DNA of 1,130 bases from Naegleria gruberi (Eukaryota). The stretch is from NCBI GenBank assembly GCA_000004985.1, contig GG739540.1. One strand, 5' to 3'. The translations under genes and the position numbers were made by a program. Under the pieces are notes generated by a model. The model did no database searches. It was not told where the DNA came from and saw nothing but the letters and a program-made list of their open reading frames with translations. Positions 1 to 1,130 of this stretch are shown in pieces. Numbering within the stretch: the stretch's first letter is position 1; every line of letters starts with the position of its first letter.

Positions 1-252
1 TTAACTGAGAGATTTGTGGAGGGGAACAGAGAGAGACGTATTCCTGCATCAGATTTACCATCCCTCCTACAAAAAGTTGGTCTTCCCGCTATACAAACTG
101 TTGAATGGCCAGAAGATGAACACAGAAAGAAGAAGGAAGCTGAAAGAGAAGAAAATGCAAAGAATACCAAGACTAAACGTACTCGTAAGATGAATGTCAA
201 GAAGATGACCAATAAGCACTTGGCTGAAGAATTTGTTGCTCACCAAAAGTAA
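1..252 (+). CDS. 3'-terminal fragment of a protein-coding gene; the 5' end lies upstream of the window. It encodes a basic Lys/Arg-rich C-terminal tail (...EDEHRKKKEAEREENAKNTKTKRTRKMNVKKMTNKHLAEEFVAHQK*), plausibly a nuclear or nucleolar RNA-associated protein.
   Basis: Frame 1 is open from base 1 (TTA ACT GAG ...) to TAA at 250-252. The GTG at 16 that the ORF track uses as a start is internal. G+C is about 40% here against about 23% in the flanking non-coding DNA. Codon choice is consistent with that of a highly expressed eukaryotic gene (AAG, AGA/CGT, GCT, GTT, CCA, CAA). The basic cluster KRTRK...KK resembles a nuclear localisation signal. I do not recognise the protein family from memory. 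Confidence 0.8.
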   Translation, partial: LTERFVEGNRERRIPASDLPSLLQKVGLPAIQTVEWPEDEHRKKKEAEREENAKNTKTKRTRKMNVKKMTNKHLAEEFVAHQK

Positions 253-261
253 ATATTCAAA

Positions 262-284
262 GTTTTTTGACATGATCAAAAAAC
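262..284. repeat. Perfect 9-bp inverted repeat (hairpin) GTTTTTTGA-catga-TCAAAAAAC, located 10 nt after the stop codon of the upstream gene and flanked by AGTTTT on both sides (261-266 and 285-290).
   Basis: Pairing checked base by base: 262-270 pairs with 276-284 over nine Watson-Crick pairs around a 5-nt loop at 271-275. It is followed by AGTTTTAC. The stem has only two G:C pairs, so it is weak as a bacterial intrinsic terminator. In a eukaryote it would sit in the 3' UTR. Confidence 0.6.
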
Positions 285-392
285 AGTTTTACTTCATAAC
301 AAAAGAGGGTAGAAATTAATTATGTGTGTTATTGATGTATTAAATTGGGAATGTTTTGTATTATTCGAAATAATATTAATAAGGTGATATTC

Positions 393-433
393 TAAATTTG
401 GTAATTTACAAAGTAATTTCAAATCAATTTCAC
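393..433. repeat. Helically phased AATTT tracts (395-399, 403-407, 415-419, 426-430), forming three copies of the 9-mer [T/C]AATTT[A/C][C/A][A/C] at 402, 414 and 425.
   Basis: The tracts are read directly from the sequence. The three spacings are 8, 12 and 11 nt, so only the last two match the roughly 10.5-bp helical repeat. The block lies in the 23% G+C intergenic region. Confidence 0.4.
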
Positions 434-485
434 TAATAGGATTACAAAAGGTTAAATCTCTCAATGTTGATATTTTAGAAATGTA

Positions 486-602
486 ATGAAATATATTCTT
501 ATTCTTAATAATGCTTCACAAATATGGTCCAACCCAAGCAACGGAATTTACGATGAGGATGTAGCTTTTGAATTAAGAGATGATTATGATGTTCAAGTCT
601 GA
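486..602 (+). CDS. Small ORF of 38 aa (MKYILILNNASQIWSNPSNGIYDEDVAFELRDDYDVQV*). It may be a chance ORF, an upstream ORF, or a micro-exon.
   Basis: Frame 3 is open from 471 to TGA at 600-602. The second half (511-600) has higher G+C, about 37%, and an acidic, protein-like C-terminus. No ribosome-binding site is present. An open run of this length is expected several times by chance in a window of this composition. Confidence 0.12.
   Translation: MKYILILNNASQIWSNPSNGIYDEDVAFELRDDYDVQV
495..506. repeat. Tandem duplication of ATTCTT, two copies.
   Basis: ATTCTT at 495-500 is immediately repeated at 501-506. Confidence 0.5.
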
Positions 603-615
603 CTGTTCTGATGAG

Positions 616-622
616 TTATAAG
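616..622 (+). promoter_or_regulatory. TATA-like element (TTATAAG) about 70 bp upstream of ATG 692.
   Basis: This is a sequence match only. The position fits a eukaryotic core promoter for the ORF that starts at 692. Confidence 0.12.
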
Positions 623-637
623 AAGCCTAAGAATTAG

Positions 638-643
638 ATTTGA
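638..643 (+). promoter_or_regulatory. AATAAA hexamer. It could be a polyadenylation signal for a transcript ending at about 655-670, or a chance match.
   Basis: This is the only canonical AATAAA between the stop at 252 and ATG 692. AT-rich DNA yields such hexamers often. Confidence 0.12.
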
Positions 644-691
644 TGAAAATAAATAAGTCTATTTCATGGTTTTACTGTTATTTACGATTAG

Positions 692-955
692 ATGAATCTT
701 CCACTCAGAGATTCACATGCTCTTTATTTTAGCGAAGTCTCTTTTTTCACTGAGAATTTTCTTGTGGTGTTTAAGGTCCTCACTTTAATTGCTGCATTCT
801 CTCTCATCCAAAACAACCCTACTACAGAATTTAAAAAAAATGGTAAGAGTGATTATAGAAAATACACTCTCGTATTGAATGTAAAAGACGTTAATACTTT
901 ACCTAAAGGTCTCAAGAGCAAACTTGTTAAGAGTTTGGAAAATGTAAGTAACTAG
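692..955 (+). CDS. Hypothetical ORF of 87 aa (ATG 692 to TAG 955). It may be exon 1 (692..943) of a spliced gene that continues at 978. The N-terminal half is hydrophobic (FLVVFKVLTLIAAFSLI) and the C-terminal half is Lys-rich.
   Basis: This is the only long open frame in 253-1130 on either strand, and the minus strand here is full of stops. G+C is about 33% versus about 23% upstream. The ATG directly follows an in-frame TAG at 689-691. No Shine-Dalgarno sequence lies upstream. Chance expectation for an 88-codon open run in DNA this AT-rich is about 0.1-0.2 per window, so support is marginal. A GTAAGT sits at 944-949 immediately before the stop. Confidence 0.35.
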   Translation: MNLPLRDSHALYFSEVSFFTENFLVVFKVLTLIAAFSLIQNNPTTEFKKNGKSDYRKYTLVLNVKDVNTLPKGLKSKLVKSLENVSN

Positions 956-977
956 AAGTTTTTGGCTGACAACATAG
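944..977 (+). other. Candidate short spliceosomal intron. The alternative 3' end is 980.
   Basis: GTAAGT at 944-949 matches the canonical 5' splice site. CTGAC at 969-973 matches the CTRAY branch-point consensus. TAG at 975-977 and CAG at 978-980 lie 4-7 nt downstream of it. Removal keeps 692..943 (phase 0 at the AAT codon 941-943) in frame with 978..1130. Lengths of 34 to 37 nt are within the range of the shortest fungal, fission-yeast-type introns. Confidence 0.3.
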
Positions 978-1130
978 CAGAATTCATTTGTTGGGTTACA
1001 TGGACGGGTACTTAGAAATTATGATGATGAGAGAAAATGCTGCATTATTAAAATTGTAATGGGAAATCCATACGGAAAAGTATTGGATTGGGAACTTTCA
1101 GAAGATACTATAAAAAGTTGTTTCGAACTT
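978..1130 (+). CDS. Open reading frame (frame 3) that runs off the right edge of the window: QNSFVGLHGRVLRNYDDERKCCIIKIVMGNPYGKVLDWELSEDTIKSCFEL... It is a candidate downstream exon of the gene that starts at 692.
   Basis: After the TAG at 975-977 there is no stop through 1130. G+C is about 33%. GGA is used for Gly three times. This frame has no ATG before 1050 (the nearby ATG run at 1021-1029 is in a different frame), so as a standalone gene it would be only a 27-aa fragment; that favours an exon interpretation. It is in frame with 692..943 if 944..977 or 944..980 is removed. Confidence 0.25.

Noticed and set aside
248-253. GTAAAT overlapping the stop codon of the first gene, as a possible 5' splice site that would extend gene 1 into downstream sequence.
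   Set aside because: It lacks the conserved G at intron position 5. No convincing branch and acceptor pair leads into an in-frame downstream exon. The simplest reading is a genuine stop at 250-252.
67-279. Minus-strand ORF of 70 aa from the ORF track (MIMSKNFEYLLLVSNKFFSQ...).
   Set aside because: It is an antisense shadow of the Lys/Glu-rich coding region on the + strand, where AAG/GAA codons read backwards as CTT/TTC and give a Phe/Leu-rich frame. It overlaps the clearly coding + strand frame almost completely and has lower coding plausibility.
262-290. Interpretation of the hairpin plus AGTTTT as a Rho-independent terminator.
   Set aside because: The stem has only 2 G:C pairs out of 9, and the downstream T-run is only 4 nt and is interrupted. 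If the locus is eukaryotic, as I believe, intrinsic terminators do not apply. I kept it as a structural feature only.
393-400. TAnnTTTG matches (TAAATTTG at 393-400 and TAGATTTG at 625-632) that resemble the Bacteroidetes -7 promoter motif.
   Set aside because: About one match is expected by chance in 880 bp at this base composition. Other features argue against a bacterial origin.
599-614. CTGA (599-602) followed by CTGATGA (608-614). These resemble hammerhead-ribozyme core motifs or C/D-box snoRNA C' and D' boxes. Additional UGAUGA-like motifs occur at 1021-1030.
   Set aside because: For a hammerhead, no stable stem II lies between CUGAUGA and the next GAAA (631-638). For a snoRNA, there is no downstream CUGA D box within 615-700 and no terminal stem. 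TGATGA is frequent in AT-rich DNA with ATG/GAT repeats.
980-985. GAATTC (EcoRI) and TTCGAA sites (365-370 and 1122-1127), considered as possible cloning-junction or vector signatures.
   Set aside because: These are isolated 6-bp palindromes expected by chance. There is no flanking vector-like sequence or compositional discontinuity.
1095-1101. CTTTCAG (nematode-style 3' splice acceptor) near the right edge.
   Set aside because: It lies inside the open frame 978..1130 and is read through in frame. An exon starting at 1102 would hit TAA after 3 codons. It is likely a coincidence.
1118-1130. GTTTCGAAC at the window edge resembles a tRNA T-loop (GTTCGAA), on either strand.
   Set aside because: On the + strand the conserved G53 and C61 positions are T and T. 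On the - strand the flanking bases cannot form the T-stem (A:A mismatch). There is no D-loop or anticodon-arm structure in the preceding 70 nt. The window ends here, so this cannot be completed.

Overview
The window is AT-rich, about 33% G+C overall. Its G+C content is uneven: about 40% in bases 1-252, about 23% in 253-470, and about 33% across 692-1130. Only one feature is well supported. That is the 3' end of a protein-coding gene on the + strand (1..252), whose reading frame is open from base 1, so the gene starts upstream of the window. It encodes a lysine/arginine-rich, NLS-like C-terminal tail. After it comes about 440 bp of stop-dense sequence with no long ORFs. A second + strand open frame follows (ATG 692 to TAG 955, 87 aa). 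A third open frame (978..1130) runs off the right edge and has no upstream start codon of its own, so it looks like a downstream exon. It could join the ORF at 692 in frame through a 34-37 nt intron-like segment (GTAAGT...CTGAC...TAG/CAG) at 944-977/980. I believe this window is eukaryotic, from an AT-rich genome with short introns, possibly a fission-yeast-like fungus. Three things point that way: no Shine-Dalgarno sequence precedes any ATG, the intergenic space is long, and there are splice-site-like signals. The provided ORF track uses GTG starts, as a prokaryotic gene finder would. I cannot identify the organism or name the proteins from memory. I see no CRISPR array, tRNA, rRNA, mobile element, or any prokaryotic defense or accessory system. 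The most interesting testable items are the candidate split gene at 692-1130 and a perfect 9-bp hairpin just after the first gene's stop codon.
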